A stretch of DNA of 48,926 nt, counting the filler, from Catajapyx aquilonaris (lineage: Eukaryota), in NCBI GenBank assembly GCA_000934665.2. It is 3 parts of 3 records of this genome, joined end to end, with 100 filler letters (N's around TTAATTAATTAA, not from the genome) between each part and the next. Parts side by side here need not be neighbours in the genome. Positions count along the whole stretch, not along the records: positions 1 to 16,254 come from JYFJ02007248.1; positions 16,355 to 32,599 come from JYFJ02007249.1; 1 more part is not named here. One strand, given 5' to 3'. The position numbers were made by a program, and so were the translations under genes. Positions 10,907-21,531 of the stretch are shown here, one piece after another; position 1 is the stretch's first letter; each line of letters begins with the position of its first letter. A model generated the notes under the pieces. It was not told where the DNA came from. It did no database searches and saw only the letters and a program-made list of their open reading frames with translations.

Positions 10907-11810
10907 TACAGGCGCGTAGGCAGAAAGTATTTCACAGGGGGGACCATTTCATAAGCACAAGGTGAACAGCCGAGCAGGTGGAATTTTTTCGGGGGGTTCA
11001 AGGTCACACGAGCTTAGGTGAATGTGGAAGATTTGAATGGGTGTGTATTTGATGAAATTGGTAGCACTTGTTCCAAAAAAATATCATGAATTAGTGATTT
11101 CTAATGCTATTTCAAACTGTCCTGTATATCGTCACGGTCCGCTAATTGAATAGCCCTGGCCTAGAGCATAAGGCATTTTCAAAAGCTTCAAAACTTCAGT
11201 TGATAAAGATGTAGCTTTCTGTTGTGTAAGTTTTATCTAAATGGATCGATGAAATGAGTTGCCTGTTTCATGTTGTCCAGATTTCTTTCCTTTCCTGCAT
11301 TTTTTCCAAGAAAATCCTGAGCACAACCTGCTTTTGAACATTCATTTACTGTTAACTTTTAGTGGTACCAAAAGTGTCAACAAGTTTATGGGAGAGGATG
11401 CTGCTCATCTTAGGGAAGATGATGCATTTGCTGGCATGTTAGGTTGGTCAGATGAGATGGTGAAAGTGATTTGATTAAACGTATAGATAGTGGGGGCTGC
11501 TAGAGATTATATTAGAATTAGAGAGAGCTGAGAGAGTTAGAGAAAGGAAAATACAAGTACAAGTACAAAATAACAAAAACAAAGCTGGGCTCATGATTTA
11601 CTAGTAAAATTCAGTCACTACACTCGCCCTTGGAAGTGTTCATGAATTTGAAGCAGAATGTGGGAGAAACCATTGGTATAGACTCGCTTTGCGAGGCGGG
11701 GGGGCTCCGCCCCCCCACACACACCCCCTCTTGGGGCTGCGCCCCAATTGGCGCGCCTTCGGCGCTACGCGTTCCCGCCCGGGCCTACCCACTTACCCAG
11801 CACCGCTAGA

Positions 11811-11965
11811 GAGCTGGAAATAATAACCTGGAGTTCGTCGTCAACGGACGAGTGACCAATGAAGCATGAAAAGTACCAGGATCACCACTACAGGGCTGGC
11901 AACAATATCCTGGAGTATGTCGTCAACGGAGTCACCAATGAAGCATGACAAATACCACACCTGCA
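11811..11965. repeat. Two diverged tandem copies of an ~83-bp unit
   Basis: cctggagt(tc/at)gtcgtcaacgga..gt(g/c)accaatgaagcatga occurs twice. Confidence 0.75.
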
Positions 11966-13008
11966 ACAATCAACCAACCTACCAACCAGCCAATCAACCA
12001 ACAACAATGAGCGCGCCCCACAAACTGTATGTGGGTAAATATTCCATCCAACTGTTCAGGACACCCCTGGTGCATCCACATAATCAAGTTTAAGATGGAG
12101 TAAGAGAAGCTCCTTCCCTACCCTTTCCTGGAAGGCCGTATCATTCAATATACCAGAGCACGATAAAAAAAATCTCCATTCAGATTGGAGATCAATCATG
12201 ATAGAAGGTCGTCACCCAGATGAAGACATGAAGAAGGCAGATTTGTGTCACCACAAAGATCATATCAGCCAAGTTCCAGCCAGATGCAAAATTATAGACA
12301 GATGACACCAGGTTATTCATGTGGATGTTGTGGAAACTATGGACAGCAATCTGTAGTGCTGGGCCAAGGATTGTCAGTCTCATTGCTGCAGAAATTTATT
12401 GGGGTTCATATTGCTCAATAGCTAAACAGGCACGGAGGAGGTGCTGAGAGAAGAAATATCCAGTTGCAGGGAGATGGAAGGATACCTGTAGGGTGTGGAG
12501 AGCAAGCTGCAGCAGGTGGATGGCCATTTGGACCATGTTATGACAGCATACCAGAGCCTACAGGACTTGTCCCAGGAGTCCAAGGATGTACTACAGTACT
12601 GGCCAAGCTGAAAGGAGAGCACGACATGTGGCATGAGATAAACATGATTCTTGTTATGCAATAGGATATGGCTCGTCAGGTGGAGTGAGACAGGAGGGAA
12701 ACTCTTCAGAGGGAACAGGAGGTAAAGCAGCTTCAGGGTCGAATGTACAGGAGCACTTCTTAAATGTGGGGCATGATATTCAGCCGTCTGTTTCTGAACT
12801 GCCCGACTCATGAATAAGCTAGGGTCTACAATGCCCACTCCTTGAGGACCAAGGTCTCAGCTCTGTAGCTCAGCACAAAGGATTAAGACTCCTGGATACA
12901 TTGAACAGATCACATGTGTACCTCAATCTTGAGGTGCAAAACTTGCTAGTAGGAAACTCAGATCAGTCACAGTCTCACAGAAGTGCAAATTACCCCCGCT
13001 TCAGTATA

Positions 13009-13964
13009 CAGTGCATTCCTACGCGTGGGAAATGAACCCGAGTAATCGAAAGCAGCTCATTTTCCCACCAAAGGGCCAAGAAATGGTATATTATAGCCGA
13101 GGTGAGGTGAAAATTTACTATGCTACTGGAGTAAATATGCACAGGCCCTTATGGAAGTATGCCAGTACCGGCCTTTCGAGTATGTTATAACTAGAGTCCG
13201 AATTTCTAGGCTAATGGCTATTTAGTTCCTTTGTAGTTGGGATGGTTTTGTGAAGAGATTTATCTATTTCATAAGTGCAGGATGTGGAAAATGTAGGTTT
13301 ATAGTGCGTAAAATGGCCTATTTCGTGGTTTTGTGAACGATTTTGCCTATTCTGCCTTTTTGCGCCTTTTCATGCCTATTTGGCCTTTTTTGGGATAGTT
13401 TTTGAACTTTAGATGCAATTTCAGGACTTTTTGAGCCTATTCCTTCAGACGTTCAGAGGCATGTTTGGTTTTTTTGCCGAGTATTTTTTGTGCTCCTGAA
13501 AAGTACCAAAATCGTTCAGAAGTAATATGAATCATGTTGCCATGACGCGTATTCGAGGAAAATTTAAAAAAATATTTGGTGACTGCTGTAGGCTAGAGGT
13601 GGAAATGCTCTGCAGAAGTAGAGTTCAGAGCAAATGATAGTCTACTTGCTTGCACTTTGTGTCTGCCCTAGTTTTGTGATTTCTTGTCAGTTGATCGTTG
13701 TTATTCGGTTTTTGCTCTGGTTTGTGACCTTACATTTATAATTTAGGAATTTAGGCTTATTAAATGTGTGTGTGTGTCTTGATTTTCTGTAACATTATCT
13801 TCCATATGCCCACAAAAGTAAAATATTTGGGCCTATTTGAGCTATTTTCGTGCCTATTTCAGGGGGTTTTCGCGTCCAGAAATCCGGACTCTAGTTATAA
13901 CCATGGTCTTAACCGAAAGTGTGTTATAGCCGAGGCTGTTACATATGGAAGCCGGAGTCAACTG
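13009..13964. mobile_element. Tc1/mariner (pogo-like) MITE hosting a nested hAT-like element
   Basis: TA|CAGTGCATTCC ... GGAGTCAACTG|TA. The motif TTATAGCCGAGG occurs on both sides of the nested insert. Confidence 0.5.
13192..13893. mobile_element. hAT-like non-autonomous element
   Basis: 16-bp TIR TAGAGTCCG(A/G)ATTTCT with one mismatch. Perfect 8-bp TSD GTTATAAC (13184-13191, 13894-13901). Several subterminal GCCTATT repeats. Confidence 0.85.
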
Positions 13965-14685
13965 TATAGTCTGTATCTCAGTTAAAGAGAAGGTTCAGCC
14001 ATTGCATGTTGGGTTCCAAAGATGGGAAAGACTCCCAGATTCCAAATTTGTGGTTAGTTTTGCTAGAAACCGTACCATAGCGTAAAATTTCAAGACAGTC
14101 CAGTTTCAGTGACACCACCGCCTATCCCTCTGGCGGTGAGTAGGGACGATCATTGCAGCGCAAAATGGCGGACTGTGAGACTCACGGTGCTCACGGTGAG
14201 ACGTGAAGAGGTGGTAGCACGGGTGGTGGGCTAAGCTAGGTCATCAGGTGTTCAACGCAAGCGGGACCTGGCCCGAGTGCCGAGGATCTTCGGAAGGCAG
14301 GTGGTCAGGAAGAGACGGTAAGGGTGTGAGACACTTTGGTGTGAGGGACTGAAGGCCGGTATCCACGTACGAGAATCTCGCATACGAGTTACGAGGAGCC
14401 GCGAGGAGCCAACTGCGCATGCCCAGATACGAGGAAAGGGGGGAAAAGTAGAAAATTTTCTACTTTTTCCCCTTTCCGCCGTGACCTCATCATGCGGCGC
14501 ATGTGATGTCCACGGGAAACTTCCTTATCAATTCGAGCACCCCGTATATGCGGTACGGTAATGTCGCGGGACGGCGCGGCGCGGCGGGGGTATAATGTTG
14601 GAATGATACGACCTTACCCGATCTTGTCTACCTGTGACGTGGCTCTTCGCCGATCAAAGTGCGTACGATCAGGTACGATGTTCTT

Positions 14686-14930
14686 AGCCGGCGCTAGTGG
14701 TAAGCGCGCTCGCCTCTAGACCCAAAGTTGTGGGTTCGAACAAGGCGGAGGTCGGTCACTTTTCTCCGGGTGGTAAAAAAGTGAGAGTGCGCCTTCCTTC
14801 GGAGGGGAAGTAAAGCCGTCGGTCCCTGGCGTCGGTGTTTAGTCTTAGCAGCAGAAATAGGCCGACGTTAACCCCCACTGATAAAGGTACTATGTTCGCC
14901 TCAAACAATATTGGCTACCCGGGTTACTCA
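14686..14930 (+). mobile_element. tRNA-derived SINE with Nin/Deu-like central domain
   Basis: A-box-like GCGCTAGTGGT and B box GGTTCGAAC. Body GCCTTCCTTCGGAGGGGAAGTAAAGCCGTCGGTCCC. CGATGTT recurs near both ends (possible TSD). Confidence 0.7.
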
Positions 14931-15659
14931 GCGATGTTGCTGCTCGGCGAAGACTTCGCTCGTCAAATCGCTCACGTGTAAACGTGGCTTTAAAATGGCG
15001 GATTAGCCAATCCCTTCAGGAGCTAGACACGGGGTACCGGGAGCGGCGTACCGGGACGACGGGACAGTGGCGCTGGTACCAGCTTTCACAGGCATGACCT
15101 TCAAACAGTTCAGCCCTTTTTCTCGAAACTGCTCTAATGTGGGTTGACGCATTATTGCATAACACCGTCCAATTATCAAATACAGTAGGTACCCGTTTTA
15201 CACCGTTCCATTTTACGCCGTTTACGTTAATGCCGGTTTGAAAATGACATTATAAATTTTTTAAATTGAACAATATATTGTGAAAAATATGACTATAACA
15301 ACACAATCTAAACATGAACACATCACTTCAACACTTCTGAGACCAAACACACGAATGTATACCTGCTCTTCTTTTTTTTCCCTGGTGCATTGTGGCAGGT
15401 TTCTATTGATGTGTACTGTACAGTACGGGTAGCCTATATTGTTCGGTATTGTTGATCTCAGCACTTCTCGAAGTACTCCAACGGTTGTTACAATACACTC
15501 CGTGTACTGCAATAATATTATTCTTGCCAACCTGCATGTTGTTCTATTGTTTTCATTGTTGAATACGCAATGTGGATTATTTTCGAACGTGAGTGAAGGA
15601 AGGAAGATCCTTGCTTTTGGTTGTTGACAGCGAAGGTTGCTAGGCAATTGCAAAGGTTG

Positions 15660-15825
15660 CTGAAAACCGCCCTTAGACTCAAATAAATGCCCCTTTTGGA
15701 CTTATCCTGCGATCACCGAAAGGTAATACATGGGTGTGAGAAATTTCAGCGCTCTCCGTATCCGGGAAGTGGCTTAATTAGGCGTGATATATATGTACAA
15801 ATTTTCAGCTTTATATTAATAGGGA
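15660..15825 (-). mobile_element. Helitron-like element, 5' portion
   Basis: Minus strand begins A|TCCCTATTAATATAAAGCTGAAAA (5'-TC after an A). Left boundary approximate. Confidence 0.55.
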
Positions 15826-15835
15826 TTATTTTACA

Positions 15836-16254
15836 CTAGCAGGATACCCGGCGTTGCTCGGGTTATGAAATACTTTTCCGTAGGAGTGACTCATCGATTT
15901 GCAATAATTATGGCTATTCAATGTTGGCATACCAGTGACATGGAGCATATTGCATGTGCATGAAGTCCAAACAACACACTGCGGATGTCGAATTGTAAGA
16001 AAATACACAGTACACCTCCAAAATCCAGCAAAAGTATGTCATGAAAAATTGAAGGTTGTGCAGTAAATGTAGAAGTAAATGTAGAATGTATAGAAGCTCC
16101 AGCATGGCAGAGCTTACAATCTGATATCCAATGTGTGGTTTCTGGACTTGATGCACTTGCAATATTTTTGGTATAGCCAATTACGTTCATAATTGCATAG
16201 ATGAAGCGTGTTGTCTCGAAGCTTCAACACAATATCCCTCTTATTGCCATGCTC
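15836..16254 (-). mobile_element. Helitron-like element, 3' portion running to the gap
   Basis: Minus strand ends ACCCGAGCAACGCCGGGT (hairpin) ATCCTGCTAG|T, a canonical Helitron 3' terminus. How far the element extends toward the gap is uncertain. Confidence 0.6.
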
Positions 16255-16354
16255 NNNNNNNNNNNNNNNNNNNNNNNNNNNNNNNNNNNNNNNNNNNNTT
16301 AATTAATTAANNNNNNNNNNNNNNNNNNNNNNNNNNNNNNNNNNNNNNNNNNNN
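16255..16354. other. Assembly spacer (44 N + TTAATTAATTAA + 44 N)
   Basis: An identical construct occurs at 32600-32699. Artificial six-frame-stop linker. Confidence 0.95.
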
Positions 16355-16421
16355 TGTCCTCCCATATCAGGCGTCTGGACTCTTCGGTTTCAATGTTCGG
16401 GTAGTGTTTGGCATAATCCAG
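16355..16421 (-). CDS. Cathepsin L-like / I29 protein, coding exon 2, truncated by the assembly gap
   Basis: 65-nt intron (16422-16486) ending TTTTGTAG. In-frame LDYAKHYPNIETEESRRLIWED matches Y.K.Y....EE..RR.IWE.N, the ERF/WNIN region. Confidence 0.8.
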
Positions 16422-16486
16422 CTACAAAATGTGGCGGTAAATTACTTGTATATGGTTCTGTTTGAAGGTAGGAAACGTTATCTGAC

Positions 16487-16585
16487 CTTGTACTGCTCCC
16501 AGCTAGAGTCAAACACGCGGTCTCCCACACTCAATTCGGCAGCCACACTCGCAGCTACCAAGATCAAACCGACCAAGAAACGCAT
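16487..16585 (-). CDS. Cathepsin L-like cysteine protease / I29 inhibitor-domain protein, coding exon 1 (signal peptide)
   Basis: MRFLVGLILVAASVAAELSVGDRVFDSSWEQYK: hydrophobic signal peptide, then the WxxF/YK start of the I29 propeptide. Donor AAG|GTCAGA, phase 0. Confidence 0.8.
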
Positions 16586-16810
16586 AATTAGGTCTGACTG
16601 TGAGACACTTGTCACTGCAACACTAGTTACTTCAAAAGTGTGAAGTGACCTTCATTGGGTCGGTACACTACAGCACAGTATCTGAAGTGCAACAAGATTG
16701 TGCTATCTACAACTGTAGACGTAAGGTACTTGAGATTAATGAAGATTATTAGGATTACAGTTCCATAAGGTTTGCATCGCATGTGAACCAAAGATAATAG
16801 GTGGAATTTT

Positions 16811-16877
16811 TAGTTACTGCTAACTTAGCAGTACCATTGCCAACACCGGTAGGCTACTGCTAAGTTAGCAGTAACTA
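16811..16877. repeat. Perfect 23-bp inverted repeat with internally palindromic arms
   Basis: TAGTTACTGCTAACTTAGCAGTA (16811-16833) and TACTGCTAAGTTAGCAGTAACTA (16855-16877), 21-nt spacer. Confidence 0.9.
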
Positions 16878-16994
16878 TCAGTGGGACGAAAATTCTATCC
16901 AATGCAATATTGCCAAAACTGGACAAAACTGTCCATAGATGGCGCATTCTGCACACTGCTGCAACTCTCAGTAGTGCGAGATGTAATGGTACTA

Positions 16995-17079
16995 CAGTAA
17001 AACCTCCATATAGCTATATCCCGCTTATAACGCTACTTTTGGGCGGTCCATTGAAGAGCGTTATATCGAGCCTTTACTG
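16995..17079. mobile_element. Very short Tc1/mariner-type MITE
   Basis: TA|CAGTAAAACCTCCATATAGC ... GTTATATCGAGCCTTTACTG, imperfect TIRs. Confidence 0.6.
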
Positions 17080-17105
17080 TGTACATGCATGAATCTTTTA
17101 AATGA

Positions 17106-17360
17106 GCGCAACCGAGTGCTCAACACAGTTCGTGCAAAATTGTTTCCAACACTACGCTTGAGCTGGTAACAATATGGCCGACTTTTGCGACGTTGGCAAA
17201 GCTGTGGAACCAATCTTAGAGGTTACTGGTGTGAATTCGGCCCCCGAGGAGCAACTGCGGCAACTAATGACCTTGCGCAAGTGTGGGTGAGCACTTGGTT
17301 GCGCTCGTACAAAACTCAGATATAGCTGATGACTTACCCTGGACAAACAGAGACACAAAT
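17106..17360 (+). repeat. Unclassified dispersed repeat, copy A (related pieces at 17849-17890, 18915-18946, 28960-29390)
   Basis: Shared blocks TTTCCAACACTACGCTTG..ATGGCCGA.TTTGCGACGTTG, CGCAACCG.GTGC.CA.CACAGTTCG.GCA and GATGACTTACCC(C)TGGACAAACAGAG. Confidence 0.65.
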
Positions 17361-17912
17361 ACAATTCTACGATTTTATAAATGTTTTGTACAGTATAGCT
17401 CGCTTACAGTTTTGTATAGCAAAGCGACGGCCGTATAGCTACGACAGGTATTGGCTCCGCATTGTGTGCATACACTTGGCACATGCATGGCAGTCGTTTA
17501 GCTTTTCGTGAATACAAATCCACTCGAGAAGTGTCACCTGGAAGGAGTGAATGTCACTGGGGGCGCCACCTGTACATCGCCCCCTTCCTTTGTGATTCCT
17601 GCAGGCAACAATTGATTGCCAAGCTCCCCCAGCAGCCGTTTTAAGCATCGCCTGTCACTTGCCTACCGGACCTCTTGCTGGGCCTTTTAAATGTTTCCCG
17701 TCTCGACCCCCCTTTATCGCAAACGCCTTTATGCTTATAAGCATGCTCATGTCACACTTTGCTCCTAATCCGCAGCTTAAATTATTCTTAGAAAGATGGC
17801 GTTTTAAGCCCTTTGCAACTATAGATGATTTTTTTGTTGTTGAAAGAACGCAACCGGGTGCGCACCACAGTTCGCGCAGCGTGCACGGTTATTATTATCA
17901 GTGATATTTGGT

Positions 17913-18090
17913 AGACTTTACGGTCACCATGCATGTGTCCAGACTTTAGGGTCACCACCATGTTGTGCCCAGCCTTTAGGGTCACTCTGTGGGTCCCAGT
18001 CCCGCAACGGACTGACATGCAGGGTGCTTAGGGTCACCATGTACGAGTATGTGTCCAGACTTTAGGGTCACCATATGTGCGTCTAGACTT
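17913..18090. repeat. Minisatellite with AGACTTTAGGGTCACCAT core
   Basis: About five ~28-30 bp units with variable linkers. Confidence 0.8.
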
Positions 18091-21000
18091 CAATACTGAT
18101 AAAAAGCAATCAATTCACTCTCCCCAATACTGATCCCATTTTACGGACGTATTCAGGTCAAAAGCTGCGGCTTGTGTCCCCCACGCAACCTAATGTATAT
18201 ATTTTTTGCTTCTTTTCACATAAGTTAGGGCCTATATAAAGTCTAAGTTTGTTTCTTTGTTTCTTTGTGTGTCCAGGTTTAAGTGGTTAGGTTACCCTGG
18301 TTTACCGGACTTGAAGGGTAAGTCCTGGGGATAGCTGCAATGCAGAGAGGGAAGATCGGGGCCTGAAAAAATACAGCTAGGAGATACCGCCGGTACACTA
18401 AAACTGCTGTGTTTTTACGAGGGGCGTATGAAAATAGCAGATGTTGCTAAATATAAAGGGGGTTTCATTTACAGTCGAGTCGATGGGAGTTGTTAAGATT
18501 TATGCTGGCCATTTCGAGGAAGAGTTAACAAGACTTTGGTGGTGGGGAGGGGGGGGGGGTTCCCTCCCTGTATATTTACTGCTCATACATATACCGTGTA
18601 TAGGAATCAGTCGAGCTGAAGAGACATGCGTGACTTGCTAGAGCTTGTTTTTCGCGACTATATCCGCGATGACCCGGTTTGCACCGAAAAAAAAGAGAGA
18701 AAGTGTATGAGGTTAGTAGTGGTGGCGATTTCCATTTAGGTATAAATAGTGCATGCGTGACGTTACAAATTGGCATGGACATGTGATAAATCAATCCGAC
18801 AGACTCGTTAACCTACACTTTTCCCTAAGTGTATTTATTATTCGCATGTACACTCTCAGTTCAGGTAGTACCACATCCCTCGCATAGATGGCGCAGAGTC
18901 GGGCAGTGCACTTAGCGGATGACTTACCCCTGGACAAACAGAGGCATAGACGTTACATTTTCCGTACATTTTCGGATTGAATAGGCTCTATAAAGTGCAG
19001 GCGAAAATAATTACGGTTTAAATGCGTACAAAAATTGTGCGTGCGATGCGTAATTTTGCAGGCAGATAGGTGCAGTTAAGAGATTTTTTATTGCAGCTTT
19101 TTGCACGTCACATACTTCTTGGCTTATTGCAGGAAATTTCGCGCCGGGATGACAATCATCAAAGGAGGGTTTTGTAGCCTGCCCTGTGTTTTTTTATACG
19201 TCCACTTGTTTTTTTTGTTGCTATGCATTTTTTAAGATAGCACTTGATCGCCCCGTTTTTTTTAGTGTTGTTGTTTCGGTCCCAGCACGGTTTTTAAAAA
19301 ATTGATTGCGTAGGACGCGTGCAACCTTCGCACGTTTTTGAGTTATTTATAGGCGATTTAGAGTTTGAACTCTCTGGAGCTAACCGTGAATTTCGGCTGA
19401 AAAAATCATAGCTGCAATTTTTTGGGTATGTAAAATTGATAATTGGCCCATTACCGCGATGGCGGGACTCTTTTCGGATGGGTAAAGTGCAACTGTAATT
19501 AAAATGTCACGCCCGATAATAAATGCTGCGAAATTTGTACTGATTCACTGCACATAGTTGTGACAGAATCGGTTATAGTCGCGAAATTAATTTGAGTTGT
19601 GTTTCATGACTTTTGCACTTTAAAAATGTCCCCGAATACATCGCAAAATTTTGGCAACGATATTTGCAAATTCTGCTTCAGCATTAACTTCAAATGGCTG
19701 ACAAAAATGGCACCAACTTTTTCAAAAAAGGGCCTTGCCCTTGTTTCTCCCAAACTTCCTGAAGATGCACAACTATATGCTAATACATATAATCAGAGCA
19801 AGGCGCGCTCGTCTTCACTTTTTGTTTGGCGAAATTGGTGCAAATCTCAAGGGCGTTTTTGTATGTGTCACCGGGAGTCCCACTTCTGCTGGCACAACTC
19901 CAAAGAATGTGCAAAAAAAAGTGGAGCAGGCATGAAACATTGACGAAACAGTTTTTTTGGAAATGGCATTTTTAAGTTAAAAAAGAGCCTACCGTTGGAA
20001 TTTCCGCTTGTAGGTTCTTAGTAGGCATGACGACAGAGAAACTTGAAGAGAACGTGACAATGCTGCCTAATCATGATAAGAAGGGATCAAAACTGGTTAA
20101 GAAAAATTGTGGACGCAAATCTGTACATGATGCATTTTCTCCCTCCTTATCTATCTGTATAAAATTTTAAAAGTATTTTTCCATTATTACAAATCAAGCA
20201 GTTGGTGCAAAACTGCTATTGCAGTTTGATATAAATAGCTTTAAACATAGCCTGGTTGTAGCGTTATTTTTCCTGGAGGCACAAACTTTTTAACGAGTGC
20301 ACTTTCCGTTTTAATGGCAATATTATTACTCTAAAAATTCATAGCCGCATAGCTGCTGCAGCCGCAATAAATAACAAATTTTCTGCCCTTCCGGAGAAAC
20401 GTTTGAGCAATTACGAAAAGCAATTTTCCAAAAGCGAAACACACGATAGACTCTCTCTCTCTCGAGCAACAAAGATTTTCTTCTTGGAAACGGTTGACAT
20501 TCTTTGGGCTAAGACAATTTTCAGGCCTCCTCCACGTTACAGTTTTTTTTACTCTTCTCTTTTTTCCCCCCTTTCTCCAAATCTCATTAGCGTCTCCAGC
20601 ATGCGAACGAATGAAGTGGCACGCTAAGAAGCCCAATAGAAAAGCATCTGTGAAGAAGGAGTTTAAAAAAAGAAGCCTGGAACAAAAGTCTGCATCTTAG
20701 TTTCCCAAGGCGCCGTTACTTTTATTCCATTCCAAGAAAGTGAAAGACCGTTATTCTTTTTTTCTTTTTTTCTCTCGTTTTTATTATCCCTCACTTTTCA
20801 CCGCCTTCAGTCTTAGGATGGAGACAAGACTCGTTCATATGGAAAGTAATGGTCATAATATTTTGGTCTTGGGATAAACTTTAGAGCAGGTTATTACAAT
20901 GATGATGATGATGGTGTTGCATTGATTACAGCAAAGCCTCGAGGGGCAGTAGTCTATAATCACAGAACTCTGTATATGCTAGACGTTGATCAGCGGACCT

Positions 21001-21449
21001 CCTTTGCATAGATCCGGGAGCTTCGTTTTCATTCTCGAAAACGGGTCTTGAGGCTCATCCTGAATCAATTCTCGTTATCATAATTCATACAGTTTTGGTC
21101 GTTACCGAGGCTCCCAAAACCCGAGGAGATGTGCCGTGCAAGTGCGAAGGTGTTGGGAGGAAATGTCTTGTGGACCTCAAACTTTGTAATAACCTAGTTA
21201 AAGGAATTTTTAACAGATTTCCCTCCGGCCTTTTTGCATCCATCCAACGGGGTGGTCCAACAAGATGGAATTTTTTTAAAGAGGCATAAAACAAAGCACG
21301 GAACTAGTTGATAAATTTATAGATATGTAACTTTGTGAACCATAAAGATTGCGTCAAAAATTTTGTCTGCCAAATTTAGGCTCTCTGTTGAACATTGCAA
21401 AACAGCTAAACCTCTAGTCTGATAATTATGGCCTAATATGTTCTAACAC

Positions 21450-21531
21450 ATCCTAACCTATGCTAACCCGATTTTAACATATCCTAAACCTATTTTAACA
21501 TATCCTAACATTTTCTAACCCTAACCTAACC
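21450..21531. repeat. Degenerate (CCTAA)n-like tract
   Basis: cctaacctatgctaacc...ctaaccctaacctaacc. Confidence 0.55.

Noticed and set aside
11825..11882. Hammerhead-ribozyme-like CGGACGA...GAAA arrangement
   Set aside because: The core deviates from CUGAnGA, stems I and II pair poorly, and the second repeat copy lacks the core.
14352..14992. Harbinger-like MITE enclosing the Nin-like SINE
   Set aside because: The two candidate ends match each other too poorly to call one element.
16299..16310. TTAATTAATTAA palindrome inside N runs (also 32644-32655)
   Set aside because: Artificial scaffolding linker, not biological. Adjacency and distance across these gaps are unreliable.
17913..18090. 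CRISPR-like repeat/spacer appearance
   Set aside because: Linkers are short and related to each other, there are no cas genes, and the context is eukaryotic.
19599..19943. Cys/His-rich ORF, possible BED/CGGBP-type zinc-finger remnant
   Set aside because: Motif spacing is not convincing in any single frame; needs a translated search.
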